A DNA stretch of 64,000 nucleotides from an uncultured delta proteobacterium. Lineage in GTDB: Bacteria; Desulfobacterota; RBG-13-43-22. The stretch spans positions 608,001 to 672,000 of the forward strand of contig CAWJJC010000028.1 in assembly GCA_963843145.1 (NCBI GenBank). Direction: 5' to 3'. Shown piece by piece: positions 50,305 through 60,310 of this stretch (its first letter is position 1; every line of letters starts with the position of its first letter). Under the pieces are notes generated by a model. It made no database searches. It worked only from the letters and a program-made list of their open reading frames with translations, and was not told where the DNA came from. The translations under genes and the position numbers were made by a program.

Positions 50305-50916
50305 CTATCGGGCGATGTCTCGGCGGGCGATTACCTTAACTGAAAGCTCTTTCCCGGGTTCCTCTGAGAGAACGGTTAGCAAATTCCGGTAGGCTATTTC
50401 AAATCCGTCTCCATCCCGGATTCGGCATTCATCCGCCAGCTTGGATTCGTTGCACCGCAAGAAGTCCAACAGTTTCGATTCCTCGATCATAAATCCATTC
50501 TCCAAGATTCGTGGGCCGAAGTCCTTGAGCAGGATGTTGAAAAGTTTGACGACGATCGAACCTTTTTGAGCTCCTTGAAAATCGGGACCACCTTGGAAGG
50601 TAATCGAGTCGCGGAGAGTAGAATAGAACCCACCGCGCCGCATGGTGGCGCCTACCAACCCCGGCAAGGCCCCGGAAAGGGCCAGGGAGGCCCCATCCGT
50701 CAAAAGGGCCTTGGATGGATCATCCACCGCCTTACCGTTAAAAAAAATGGTCTGTATTTTTTCGTCGATAATTTCCGGATTCAGTCCCAAGTTCCGGACC
50801 AGAAAATCCTGGATGCTGCCTCCCAGCGGGGTTTCTATTTGCAGTCCCTGCTGAAGGAGAAAATGGAAGATCCTTAACTTCGAGGGAGCCACGTTAAAGA
50901 GGAAATCGGGTTTCAT
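50305..50916 (-). CDS. Hypothetical protein with a ubiquitin/ThiS-like segment, downstream of AOR
   Basis: IQTIFFNGKAVDD..DGASLALSGALPGLVGATMRRGG. Confidence 0.65.
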   Translation of the reverse strand: MKPDFLFNVAPSKLRIFHFLLQQGLQIETPLGGSIQDFLVRNLGLNPEIIDEKIQTIFFNGKAVDDPSKALLTDGASLALSGALPGLVGATMRRGGFYSTLRDSITFQGGPDFQGAQKGSIVVKLFNILLKDFGPRILENGFMIEESKLLDFLRCNESKLADECRIRDGDGFEIAYRNLLTVLSEEPGKELSVKVIARRDIAR

Positions 50917-51000
50917 GGGCCTGGTTTCGGATTTTGTGTGTCGAATTAAAGGGGGGGCCGAAAGCCCCCCCGAAAAAAGGTTGTCAGAAAAGTGGACGGG

Positions 51001-52737
51001 TTACCAGTTAAAGACTTTGTCCAAATCTTCATCCTTAACCTGGAAGGTTACGTTATGGGGCGGGAAGGATTCTTTCTTGAAGTAATCCGGCAGGCGATCC
51101 TGTTTGGAAGTGAAACCGGCTCGGGCATTGAAGTCCCGTTCATTTTTTAAGACGGATTTTCCCAGGGCCACCACGTCATCGGCGGTGAGATTCAAGCCGT
51201 AAAAGGCGTTAATGGAATCGATCAAGGCCTGGAAGGTCTCCGGTTGATCCAGCACGGCGAAGGCTACGAAGAGGCACATGCCGGTGGAATCCACGGCGGC
51301 CGTGGCGATCTGCAGGTTTCGAGAAAGTTCGATCTGGCCTTCGGGTTTGAGGGGATCCACGGTTCCGCCCACATTCAGGATGTTGGCCGTCACCGCGTAA
51401 CCGGCGGTGTGATCCGCCCCCATCGGGGTGGTGGCGTAGGTCACCCCCATGCCCTGTACGGCCCGGGGATCATAGGCCGGCATGGCCTGGCCCTTGACCA
51501 CCGGGACCCGTTCCACGCCGAAGACTTTACCGGTCACGGCGGCGCCGTTACCCAGGATCCGCCCCAGGTGCGACCCTTTGCCTACCTCTTTGACCAGGTT
51601 GATGGCCCCTTGACCGTCCCCAAACTTAATCAATCCGGCATCCATGGCCACGGCTATGGCGGCGCCCATCTCGATGGTGTCCACGCCATAGTTGTCATCC
51701 AGGAAATCCAGCATGGCGATCGTGTCCAGGTCGTCGATGCCGCAGTTCCCCCCGTGGGCCCAGACCGTTTCGTATTCGGGTTGCTTGGTCAGGAAATGGC
51801 CATCCTTATCGTTGTAGGTGCCTGAACAACGGATGACGCAGCCCCGGTGACAGCCGTGGGTAGCCAACCCACCCCGGCTGGTCTCCAATTCAGCCTGGGC
51901 CTCGCCGCTGATCTTAGCGGCTCCGTCGAAACGGCCCTGCTTGAAATTGTAGGTCGGGTACCCGCCGGCCTCGTTGAGGACATTGGTCAAGACATTGGTC
52001 CCGTAGGCGGGGAGCCCCTGGCCGGTGACCGGGTGTTTCTTCAGACCATCGACCCATATCCGGGTCGCCTCCTTGAACTTTTCCGGGTCCTTGGGCGAGC
52101 GCATGGCCTTGCCGGTGTCGTCGAGGATGATCACCTTGACCCCCTTGGAGCCCATGACGGCGCCGACGCCGCCGCGCCCGGCGTGTCGGGTGGGGCGTTG
52201 CTCCATGTCGGTGAAGGCGATGGAGGCGGCCGAGAGCTTCATCTCTCCGGCCGGACCGATGGAAATAAAGGCGGCTTTTTCCCCGTATTCCTGTTTCATT
52301 TTTTCAATCAGGTCGTAGTTGGGGAGGAGCTTCAGGCCGTTATCGGCCCAGATCTTCACCCCGTCCTTATTGATCAGAATCCGGTAAAGGCTGTCGTCTT
52401 TCGGTCTTCCTTCCAGGACGATGGCCGCATAGCCCAACCGGGCCAAAACCTGGGAGGCCTGACCGCCGGCATTGGCCTCTTTAATCCCCCCGGTCAAGGG
52501 GCTTTTGCAGCCTACCGAGATCCTGCCGGACATGGCTGCGGTAGTCCCGCTCAGTAAACCCGGTGCGATCACCAGTTTATTGTCCTCGCTCAGGGGATGA
52601 CAGAGGGGGGGCACCTCCTTGGAGACCACGGCTGAGGTGAACGCCCGGCCGCCCAGACCGGCATAATCTCCCACCGGGACTTCCTGAAAAGTTGGGCCAC
52701 CCGCGGCCCCCATATTCACCCGCAAAATTTTATCCAT
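51001..52737 (-). CDS. aor: Aldehyde:ferredoxin oxidoreductase (W/Mo)
   Basis: KSPLTGGIKEANAGG, AGRGGVGAVMGSK, CHRGCVIRC, PEYET, DTIEMG, YDPR. Confidence 0.94.
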   Translation of the reverse strand: MDKILRVNMGAAGGPTFQEVPVGDYAGLGGRAFTSAVVSKEVPPLCHPLSEDNKLVIAPGLLSGTTAAMSGRISVGCKSPLTGGIKEANAGGQASQVLARLGYAAIVLEGRPKDDSLYRILINKDGVKIWADNGLKLLPNYDLIEKMKQEYGEKAAFISIGPAGEMKLSAASIAFTDMEQRPTRHAGRGGVGAVMGSKGVKVIILDDTGKAMRSPKDPEKFKEATRIWVDGLKKHPVTGQGLPAYGTNVLTNVLNEAGGYPTYNFKQGRFDGAAKISGEAQAELETSRGGLATHGCHRGCVIRCSGTYNDKDGHFLTKQPEYETVWAHGGNCGIDDLDTIAMLDFLDDNYGVDTIEMGAAIAVAMDAGLIKFGDGQGAINLVKEVGKGSHLGRILGNGAAVTGKVFGVERVPVVKGQAMPAYDPRAVQGMGVTYATTPMGADHTAGYAVTANILNVGGTVDPLKPEGQIELSRNLQIATAAVDSTGMCLFVAFAVLDQPETFQALIDSINAFYGLNLTADDVVALGKSVLKNERDFNARAGFTSKQDRLPDYFKKESFPPHNVTFQVKDEDLDKVFNW

Positions 52738-52883
52738 CGGATACTCCTTTCTGTAAGAATGCTCTTTTTAAGAAAGAGTTGGAGATTGAGATTAATTCCT
52801 GATGAATATTTTCGCTCATTGGGTTGGAAAGTCAAGGATAAATTATGTAAAATTAATTAGTTATGTCATTTTTGACATAATGC

Positions 52884-53123
52884 CTACCCCCCGGCTAAAG
52901 GGGGGAACATACCCAGTCGGTCACCCTCATTCAGTATGGCCTCCAGCGGGGCATGGGAACCGTTTATAAAGATGATCCGGGGAGTGTCGAGCGGGATGTG
53001 AAGTTGTTCGATCAATTGCTTAATGGTTGTTCCCACAGGGAGTTCGATGAGATTAGGATTACCCCGGGCTCTATCGGGCAGGTACTCGGCCAGAGAGGCA
53101 TAAAGATTTAAAATGATTTTCAT
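52884..53123 (-). CDS. MoaD/ThiS sulfur carrier
   Basis: 79 aa ending FPPLAGG; adjacent to aor. Confidence 0.9.
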   Translation of the reverse strand: MKIILNLYASLAEYLPDRARGNPNLIELPVGTTIKQLIEQLHIPLDTPRIIFINGSHAPLEAILNEGDRLGMFPPLAGG

Positions 53124-54134
53124 AACTCTTCACTCCACCAACCTTTTCAATTCAAAGTTATTGTCTCACACCTCGCCCGAATATTCAATGCCGGTGGTCA
53201 GACCAGCAAATGCCAGCCTGCCGTGAATGCTGCCGGCGGCGCTGCTTTTTTCGCAGGCGAGCCGCCACTAAAGGCGGTAGCCAGGCGTGCGGCACCGAAC
53301 GCAGTTTTCGTTTGGGCAATAGGGTCCATCCGTCAACCATCGTGCGGCCGCAGGAGAAGTATCCAATTGTAGGCCGGGGTTAGAGAATAACCTAAAGAAC
53401 GTTTAAATTCATTGACTTCCGCCTTGGAATAATCAATCTAATTTTTCTCGGAAGGTTTCTTCGAAAAATTTACTTTTCATCTCCAAATTTTTCGCTTTCA
53501 CCAACAAGTCCGTTATTTCTATAGATTTGCAATTTATTGATTACCATTTAAAAGCAGCAAAAAAGGCCGGGCTGATGTGGAAGGATCCTTGACCCTGCTT
53601 GTGTCAACCCGCACGTTTGCTCGAATCCCTATCGGAGCATTAGTCAGGGAACTTAGTGCTTCCAGTTACCCTTTCGCGTGGATCTTTCTATGCCGGAACA
53701 GAAGAGGGGCTGGGATGGCCTGTTTACCTACGTCGATTCCAGGATTCCGCCCAACCTCTGAGCTGATGAAAGTCCTCTCGGGGCAAGAGATCGAAAGCCC
53801 GGTTTAAATCGTCCAGAGGAGCACTGCGGACCCGGGAGAGAAAATCGCCCCGAACGGGTTTTAAATTTACGTGATCTAATTCCTCCTGGGTAAACAAATC
53901 GGTCTACGTTTTTTGATGGAATTGAGGGTTTGCCGGGTGGAGCAGAGTATAAGATAAGCCTAGGGAGATGGGGTAGTGGATCCGACTCGCTTGACCCACC
54001 ACCCCAGGACTATTGTTTCACCCTTTTGGAAGGGTGCCCTTAATATCTGGCCTGACCACCGGGCTTCTCGGAAAAGGATTTCCAAAGGCTATCCGGGCTC
54101 TGAACTCGGGCCTCCCTCGAGTTCTGGATATTGG

Positions 54135-56597
54135 TTATTTCAGGATGAGGGGCAAATACAGGTTATGTCCTTCTTTAAGCCCCGGTGCACCCTGGTGGAT
54201 GATGGTGCCATCCGCCTTCAAGTCGTCGTCCCCTCGCTGGCCGTCAACGAAATGCAGCGTAATGACGTTTCCTGAAATGACGGCCCCGGTCTGGCCGTCA
54301 TACAGAAATTCATACCAGTGGGGGGTAGTGTTGTCCGGGGTGGGGCCATATTGGTAATAGGTGTTCGGAGGGGCTCCGGCCGGGAGATAAAGCGTCACGG
54401 TGGTGGCTCCTCCCGGAGTCAGGCCGTTCACAGTAAAATTAAAGAACCCAGAGGAAAATGACACCCCGGATGGCGAATTGCCGGGCGAGGGATTATCGTT
54501 TGCTTGGGCATTAGTCAGCATTGTGCCATTCGGAGAGGCCAGGGTGACTAAATTCAGCCCGATAAAGGTATTCAGATTGGCCATATTCGGTTGTTGGTTA
54601 TCCGGTATGCCGTCTCCATTTCCATCATATGTATAACTCACAACGAACACTCCGCCCTTTGTTCCCGCATAGAGGGTGGTCGGCGTCGCCGGGTCAATCG
54701 CCAAAGCGTAAACAGTGGTATTGATCAGGCCGATGTTGACCAGGCTCCAGCTAGCGCCGCCGTTCGCACCTTGTACAACGCCGCCGCCGGATGTTCCCGC
54801 ATAGAGGGTGGTCGGCGTCGCTGGGTCTATCGCCAGGGAGAGAACACCTGTATTGGTCAGGCTGGTATTGTCCGCGCTCCAGTTCCCACCACCATTCGTA
54901 CTTTTGAACACGCCGGCCCCAGAGGTCGAGCTTTTGATCCCGCCGCCATTATTCGAGCTTTTGAGCGTGCCAGATGCTCCCGCATAGAGAGTGGTCGGCG
55001 TCGCCGGATCAATCGCCAGGGAATTAACTTTGGTAGAGGGTTGGAAAGGATAGACAGGGCTCCAGTTCCCGCCAGCGTCCGTGCTTTTGAACACACCGCT
55101 ACTTGTTCCCGCATAGAGGGTGGTCGGCGTTGCCGGATCAATCGCCAGGGTGTTGACAGGGGGACCCAAATTGACCGTGGTCCAGTTCCCCCCGCCATTC
55201 GTGCTTTTGTACGTGTAAAGTCCTGTTCCCGCATAGAGGGTGGTCGGCGTCGCCGGGTCGATCGCCAGGGTGTTGATTTGGCTATTGGCCATGTCAGGAT
55301 TGTTGACCGGGCTCCAGTTCCCGCCGCCGTTTGTGCTTTTGAACACGCCGCTGGTATTTGTTCCCGCATAGAGGGTAGTCGGCGTCGTCGGATCAATCGC
55401 CAGTGTGTTTATTTGGGCACTGTCCAGGCCGGTATTGACCGGGTTCCAATTCCCACCACCGTTTGTGCTTTTGAACACGCAAACTACTGTCCCCGCATAG
55501 AGGATGGTCGGTGTCTCCGGATCAATCGTCAAGGAGTAAATTTGGGCGGCGGTCAGGCCGGTATTGACCGGGCTCCAGTTCCCGCCACTGTTCGTGCTTT
55601 TGAAGAGGCCGAAAAATGTTCCTGTATAGAGAATGGTTGGCGTCGCCGGATCAATCGCCAGGGAATAAACTTTTTTACTATAGGTCAGGTCGGTATTGAC
55701 CGGGCTCCAGTTTCCGCCGCCGTTCGTGCTTTTGAACACGCCGCTATTTAACAACAGGTCGCTGCCGTCTGTTCCCGCATAGAGGGTGGTCGGCGTCCTC
55801 GGGTCAATCAGCAGGGAGGTAACAGAGAGATCTGTCAGGCTGGTTTTGGCCGGGCTCCAGTTTCCGCCGCCGTTTGTGCTTTTGTATACCCCACCAAATC
55901 CTCCGGCATAAAGGGTGGTTGGCGTCGCCGGATCAATCGCCAGGGAATTAACAGGTTGCAGGATCAAGCCGGTCTTGGCCGGGCTCCAGTTCCCCCCGCC
56001 GTCCGTGCTTTTGTATACCCCATCAACTCCTCCGGCATAAAGGGTGGTCGGCGTCGCCGGATCAATCGCCAGGGAGTTAACATCGAAGATGGTCAGGCCG
56101 TTATTGGCCATGCTCCAGTTCCCCCCGCCGTCCGTGCTTTTGTATGCCCCGCCATTCCCTCCGGCATAGAGGGTGGTCGGCGTCGCCGGATCAATCGCCA
56201 GGGAGTATACTTGGGCAGCGGTCAGGCCGGTGTTGACCGCGCTCCAGTTCTCCCCGCCGTCCGTGCTTTTGAACACGCCGGCAATTGTCCCCGCATAGAG
56301 GGTGGTCGGCGTCACCGGGTCAATCGCCAGGGAGTTAACTTGGCTATTGGTCAGGCCGGTGTTGACCGCGCTCCAGTTCTCCCCGCCGTCCGTGCTTTTG
56401 AACACGCCGCCATATGTCCCCGCATAGAGGGTGGTCGGCGTCACCGGGTCAATCGCCAGGGATAAAATGATTCCACCTTCAGGCCCAATGCGTGTCCAGA
56501 CATTGGGCCCGGCAGAAACTGTACTTGCCTGGCTGGCGCTTATCATGACCAGAAAGATGATGAGTAACCATTTTCGAGGTGCGTTTGAAGATAGCAT
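54135..56597 (-). CDS. Secreted 14-repeat beta-propeller (Asp-box/BNR-like) protein with a choice-of-anchor-U-like C-terminal domain
   Basis: Signal peptide; 14x LAIDPxTPTTLYAG..G.FKST.GG.NW; DGNGDGIPD..YYQYGPT..DGQRGDDD; ends NLYLPLILK. Confidence 0.85.
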   Translation of the reverse strand: MLSSNAPRKWLLIIFLVMISASQASTVSAGPNVWTRIGPEGGIILSLAIDPVTPTTLYAGTYGGVFKSTDGGENWSAVNTGLTNSQVNSLAIDPVTPTTLYAGTIAGVFKSTDGGENWSAVNTGLTAAQVYSLAIDPATPTTLYAGGNGGAYKSTDGGGNWSMANNGLTIFDVNSLAIDPATPTTLYAGGVDGVYKSTDGGGNWSPAKTGLILQPVNSLAIDPATPTTLYAGGFGGVYKSTNGGGNWSPAKTSLTDLSVTSLLIDPRTPTTLYAGTDGSDLLLNSGVFKSTNGGGNWSPVNTDLTYSKKVYSLAIDPATPTILYTGTFFGLFKSTNSGGNWSPVNTGLTAAQIYSLTIDPETPTILYAGTVVCVFKSTNGGGNWNPVNTGLDSAQINTLAIDPTTPTTLYAGTNTSGVFKSTNGGGNWSPVNNPDMANSQINTLAIDPATPTTLYAGTGLYTYKSTNGGGNWTTVNLGPPVNTLAIDPATPTTLYAGTSSGVFKSTDAGGNWSPVYPFQPSTKVNSLAIDPATPTTLYAGASGTLKSSNNGGGIKSSTSGAGVFKSTNGGGNWSADNTSLTNTGVLSLAIDPATPTTLYAGTSGGGVVQGANGGASWSLVNIGLINTTVYALAIDPATPTTLYAGTKGGVFVVSYTYDGNGDGIPDNQQPNMANLNTFIGLNLVTLASPNGTMLTNAQANDNPSPGNSPSGVSFSSGFFNFTVNGLTPGGATTVTLYLPAGAPPNTYYQYGPTPDNTTPHWYEFLYDGQTGAVISGNVITLHFVDGQRGDDDLKADGTIIHQGAPGLKEGHNLYLPLILK

Positions 56598-57348
56598 GAT
56601 AAATCTCCTTTTTGCTGATGAGAAATTTGGCTCTCCCCCCTTTAGCGAGAAAATTTTCCCTATTCCACTACTCTCCCATTGGAACTCCTCATTCTTGAAG
56701 ATAACCGACAAAAAACCATGAACATTTTGCCAAAGATTCCTGGCCTATAATGAAGGGACAAAGTCAATAAACATTAAATTCCTTTTCTTTTGTCGGATTT
56801 TAGGACTGTGCCCCTTCCTAATTTCCACCATTCTCCATAAAAACAAAATACCCCATCTTTCATACGAGAAATAGGGTATTTTTAACTTCCTCCGCATGGT
56901 TGCACCCTTTGGGGTAAAGTGGCGAAATAGGAAGAAGGGTTACCTTATTAATCTGTTCTTGGAATAGCTGAATGATACACGATTTTGGGAAAAACAAATA
57001 GAATAAATTGAGGGCCGGGGGCAAAAGTTCTGGGGGAAGGAAGTAACGATTTACTACTGAAATCTTCCTGAATGGCCAAATCATCAAAAACAAGACTTCA
57101 GGAAGCTACTCGTTATCTGAAAGCTGGGCCGCCAACCAATAGAATAGTAACAAGATTTCGAGTGGAAATCAAAAAATCCTCTACTGTTTTTTCTCCTCAG
57201 CTTCTTTTCCTTATGTTATTCTTAGCCTCCCGAGACCAATGAAATTGTCTCCTCAGCTTTACCTCCAGGTCTCTTTCAAACAGACCCTGGCGGTTGTAGC
57301 CAAAGGGGAGGGGAGGCCTTGGGAAAATCAACTGAGAGCTGGAAGTAT

Positions 57349-58824
57349 ATGAGCAGCCAGAAAAAGGATGAAGTGATTGGCCCGGCCCAATTTTCCGAAG
57401 ACAACTATCCCCCGGCCTGGCAGGCCTGGATGATCTGGGGGTTGGGGGCCCTTTTTTATCTGTCGGGATTTTATTTGCGGGTGGCCCCGGCGGTTATGAC
57501 TTCGGAACTTATGGCCGATTTTGCCGTGGGGGCGACCGGGCTGGGGAATCTTTCCGCCTTTTATTATTATACCTACGTGGGGATGCAGCTTCCCACCGGG
57601 GTCCTGGCCGACCTTTGGGGGCCCCGAAGGCTGCTAGCCACCGGGGCTTTAGTGGCCGGCTTGGGGACCCTTCTTTTTGCCTGGGCTCCAAACCTGGTTT
57701 GGGCCAGTTTGGGGCGGGGCCTGATCGGCGGATCGGTGGCCGTGGCCTTCGTAGCGCTGCTTAAAGTGGCCGCCCACTGGTTTCCACCCCGCCGGTTTGC
57801 TCTGGTTTCGGGGATGGCCTTGTTCTGCGGCGTATTGGGCGCGGTTACCGCCGGGGTTCCCCTGCGTTATCTGATCGATGGGTTCGGCTGGAGACCCATC
57901 ATGGCCGCCTCCGGGGTGTTCCTGCTGGCAATTTCCCTGGCCTGCCGGCGGTTTATCCGGGATGACCCTTCCCAAAAAGGATATCAGAGTTACTGCCCGG
58001 AAAACCCGAAGGGGGACACGACTCAGGAAAGGTTCAGGCCCCTGGTCGGGCTGGGGAAGGTCTTTTCCTTTCGCAATAGTTGGCTCCTGTTTTGGGCTCC
58101 GGGGGGAATGGTGGGGCCCATGTTGAGCTTTGCCGGTCTTTGGGGGGTTCCTTTTCTCCAGGCCCGGTACGGGATGGGGACCAATTCGGCGGCGGCCGTC
58201 GCCTCCTTGATGATGATCTGCTGGGCCGTGGGCGGCCCTTTGATGGGCGCCCTTTCCGATCGCCTGGGCCGGCGAAAGCCCCTTTACCTGGCCGGGGCGG
58301 TGGTTTCCGCGTTGGGCTGGTCGGGTATGATCTTCTGGCCCGGTCTCCCGGTCAAGGGGTTTCTGGTTTTAGCCGCCTTAACCGGCCTGGCCACCGGCGG
58401 GATGATCATCGGTTTTGCCTTCAGCAAGGAATCGGTCCCCTCCCGCTATTCCGGCACGGTAGCCGGGGCGATCAATATGGGGGTCATGATCGGTCCCACC
58501 TTTCTCCAACCGGCCATCGGTTGGGTCCTGGATCTGATGTGGAAAGGGCAAATGAAAGGGCAAATCCGCCTCTATGACCTGGAGGCTTTTCGCGTGGGTT
58601 TTTCCCTGATGATCGGCTGGGCGTTCCTGGCCTGCCTGCTGATCGCCCTGACCAAAGAGACCTATTGCCGGCCATTTTCCGACAAAAAAAAGCTCTCCCA
58701 TCACGAGGAGAGCTTTTTAATGCCCAATAAAGCGCAGGTCCTACAGCTTGCGAACTTTCTCCGCGGCCGGACCTTTAGGCCCCGCGACCACTTCGAAGCT
58801 CACCCGATCCCCTTCGGCCAGTGA
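57349..58824 (+). CDS. MFS transporter (3' end probably overextended)
   Basis: [11 protein letters not shown] and [11 protein letters not shown] motif A; ~12 TM segments; ORF reads through the terminator into cspA antisense. Confidence 0.88.
   Translation: MSSQKKDEVIGPAQFSEDNYPPAWQAWMIWGLGALFYLSGFYLRVAPAVMTSELMADFAVGATGLGNLSAFYYYTYVGMQLPTGVLADLWGPRRLLATGALVAGLGTLLFAWAPNLVWASLGRGLIGGSVAVAFVALLKVAAHWFPPRRFALVSGMALFCGVLGAVTAGVPLRYLIDGFGWRPIMAASGVFLLAISLACRRFIRDDPSQKGYQSYCPENPKGDTTQERFRPLVGLGKVFSFRNSWLLFWAPGGMVGPMLSFAGLWGVPFLQARYGMGTNSAAAVASLMMICWAVGGPLMGALSDRLGRRKPLYLAGAVVSALGWSGMIFWPGLPVKGFLVLAALTGLATGGMIIGFAFSKESVPSRYSGTVAGAINMGVMIGPTFLQPAIGWVLDLMWKGQMKGQIRLYDLEAFRVGFSLMIGWAFLACLLIALTKETYCRPFSDKKKLSHHEESFLMPNKAQVLQLANFLRGRTFRPRDHFEAHPIPFGQ
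58684..58718. terminator. Bidirectional intrinsic terminator
   Basis: AAAAAAAGCTCTCC-catcacga-GGAGAGCTTTTT between convergent genes. Confidence 0.75.
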
Positions 58825-58941
58825 CTTGAACCCCTCGGCCTGGATGGCGGAATGATGCACGAAAACGTCCTTGCCTCCGTCCTGTTCGATAAAGCCAAAT
58901 CCTTTTGAGTCATTAAACCATTTAACCGTTCCTTCTGCCAT
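58741..58941 (-). CDS. cspA: Cold-shock protein
   Basis: [24 protein letters not shown]. Confidence 0.96.
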   Translation of the reverse strand: MAEGTVKWFNDSKGFGFIEQDGGKDVFVHHSAIQAEGFKSLAEGDRVSFEVVAGPKGPAAEKVRKL

Positions 58942-59241
58942 CTTTGCCACTCCTTTTGTGTTGGGTTCCTTCAGGGAACCGTTTAAAATTTTGCCGATTT
59001 ATTCGGCTGGCAATCTTTTTGTATGAACAAAAAGACTGCACTTTCCATTACTGGGTCTGGCGCGATCGACTCTTCCGTGGTTTAATGACAAAAAAATCCC
59101 ACACCGGACCTAATTTGAAATTTTATATATGAATCTTGGTGAAAAAGCAAGGGTTTTTTATAAGCCGGTCCCTCTCTTTTTTCCTCAGGTGAACCTGGTG
59201 GGAGAGGGGGTGCAATAGTCGTGGAGCAGGCGGCCTGTTTA

Positions 59242-59934
59242 TTATTTTTTTTCCTGTGTATATAATACAGCCAGTATTCTGGCCGGCTGGTCCCCATAAC
59301 AACGGACCAGATGGGGGAGGGTGGAATCATAATAAATGGAATCCTCCGGCTGGAGACGTTCCCGTTTCTCTCCCAATTGGACCTCGATCATTCCTTCCAG
59401 GACATAGATAAACTCCTCCCCGTCGTGGGTGGAGGGGGCCTCTTCTTCGGTGCGGGGTTCCAGGGTCACCAGAAAGGGCTCCATGTTGCGGTCCCTTTTT
59501 TCCGGGGCCAGAGACTCATAGGAGTAGCCGTAGCGGATGGTCTTTTGAGAGGCATAACGAGAGATCGCCTTGCGATCCTGCTTCCGTACCAGATCGTAGG
59601 CTTTGGCTTTGCCATGCACCAGGAGATAGCCCATCTTCATATCCAACGCTCGGGCTAATTTCACCAGATCCCCCAGCGGAGGCAGCACCTCGCCGGACTC
59701 GATTTGGCTGACCAGGTCCTCCCTGAAACCGGTTCGCTGAGCGATATCCGACCAGGAGAGTCCCTTCATTTCCCGAATGGTTTTTACCCGAAGGCCCACC
59801 GACTGGGCCAGGGGCACCTCTTCGGTTATCCCGGAAGACCGGGTTACTCCTTCGAGGAAATCCGCTTCCGCCGAAGAAGTGTAATCGGTCATATTCTCCA
59901 TCAGATCACTGTAGCCTTTTTTAGGATCGCTCAT
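59242..59934 (-). CDS. XRE-family HTH + cupin transcriptional regulator
   Basis: HTH (SQIESG..PPLGDLVKLA), then MEPFLVTL..HDGEEFIYVLEG..YDSTLPH. Confidence 0.9.
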   Translation of the reverse strand: MSDPKKGYSDLMENMTDYTSSAEADFLEGVTRSSGITEEVPLAQSVGLRVKTIREMKGLSWSDIAQRTGFREDLVSQIESGEVLPPLGDLVKLARALDMKMGYLLVHGKAKAYDLVRKQDRKAISRYASQKTIRYGYSYESLAPEKRDRNMEPFLVTLEPRTEEEAPSTHDGEEFIYVLEGMIEVQLGEKRERLQPEDSIYYDSTLPHLVRCYGDQPARILAVLYTQEKK

Positions 59935-60058
59935 GAACCTTCTCCTCTGCCTAGGTAGCGTTGGGACGAACCGGAATGAAATATAACAAACAATCCCCGG
60001 AGTGACAAGGGATTTCCCGTTTGACAAAATCTCAATAAAGTGGAAAACTAATTAAATC

Positions 60059-60086
60059 TTGACAGAATTCCGGCTTTAGTTATAAT
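60059..60086 (+). promoter_or_regulatory. Sigma70 promoter of the liv-type operon
   Basis: TTGACA-N16-TATAAT. Confidence 0.65.
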
Positions 60087-60310
60087 ATAGCCATTTAAAG
60101 TGATTTATCTTATAATATCAAATAGTTGCCAAATAATCCCAACCAGTCCAGGACCTGAGTTCTCAATTTAGGTTAAGAGGGGATACTGCTTAATTGACTC
60201 GGTAAGAAATTATTCAGGGAAAGGGGGGAGAGGATTCAAGAAGACGGAATGAATCATCGAGGCCGGATGCATGTTTTCCAAATAATCAACCTTCATAAAG
60301 GGAGAGAATC

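Noticed and set aside
53200-53320. GC-rich segment ending TTCGTTTGGGC as a degenerate attC site or Moco/Wco riboswitch upstream of moaD-aor
   Set aside because: Core sites are imperfect and I could not match the riboswitch consensus by eye; would need an Infernal or IntegronFinder scan
53754-53820. CTGATGA...CGAAA as a hammerhead ribozyme
   Set aside because: Stem III does not pair, stem I is offset by 2 nt, and the opposite strand reads as a gene remnant
54640-56470. Regular DNA repeats as a CRISPR array or DGR template
   Set aside because: They are in-frame coding repeats; no reverse transcriptase or cas gene in the window
56860-57250. AT-rich intergenic stretch with a 77-aa ORF
   Set aside because: No recognisable motif, RBS or structure; cannot support a call
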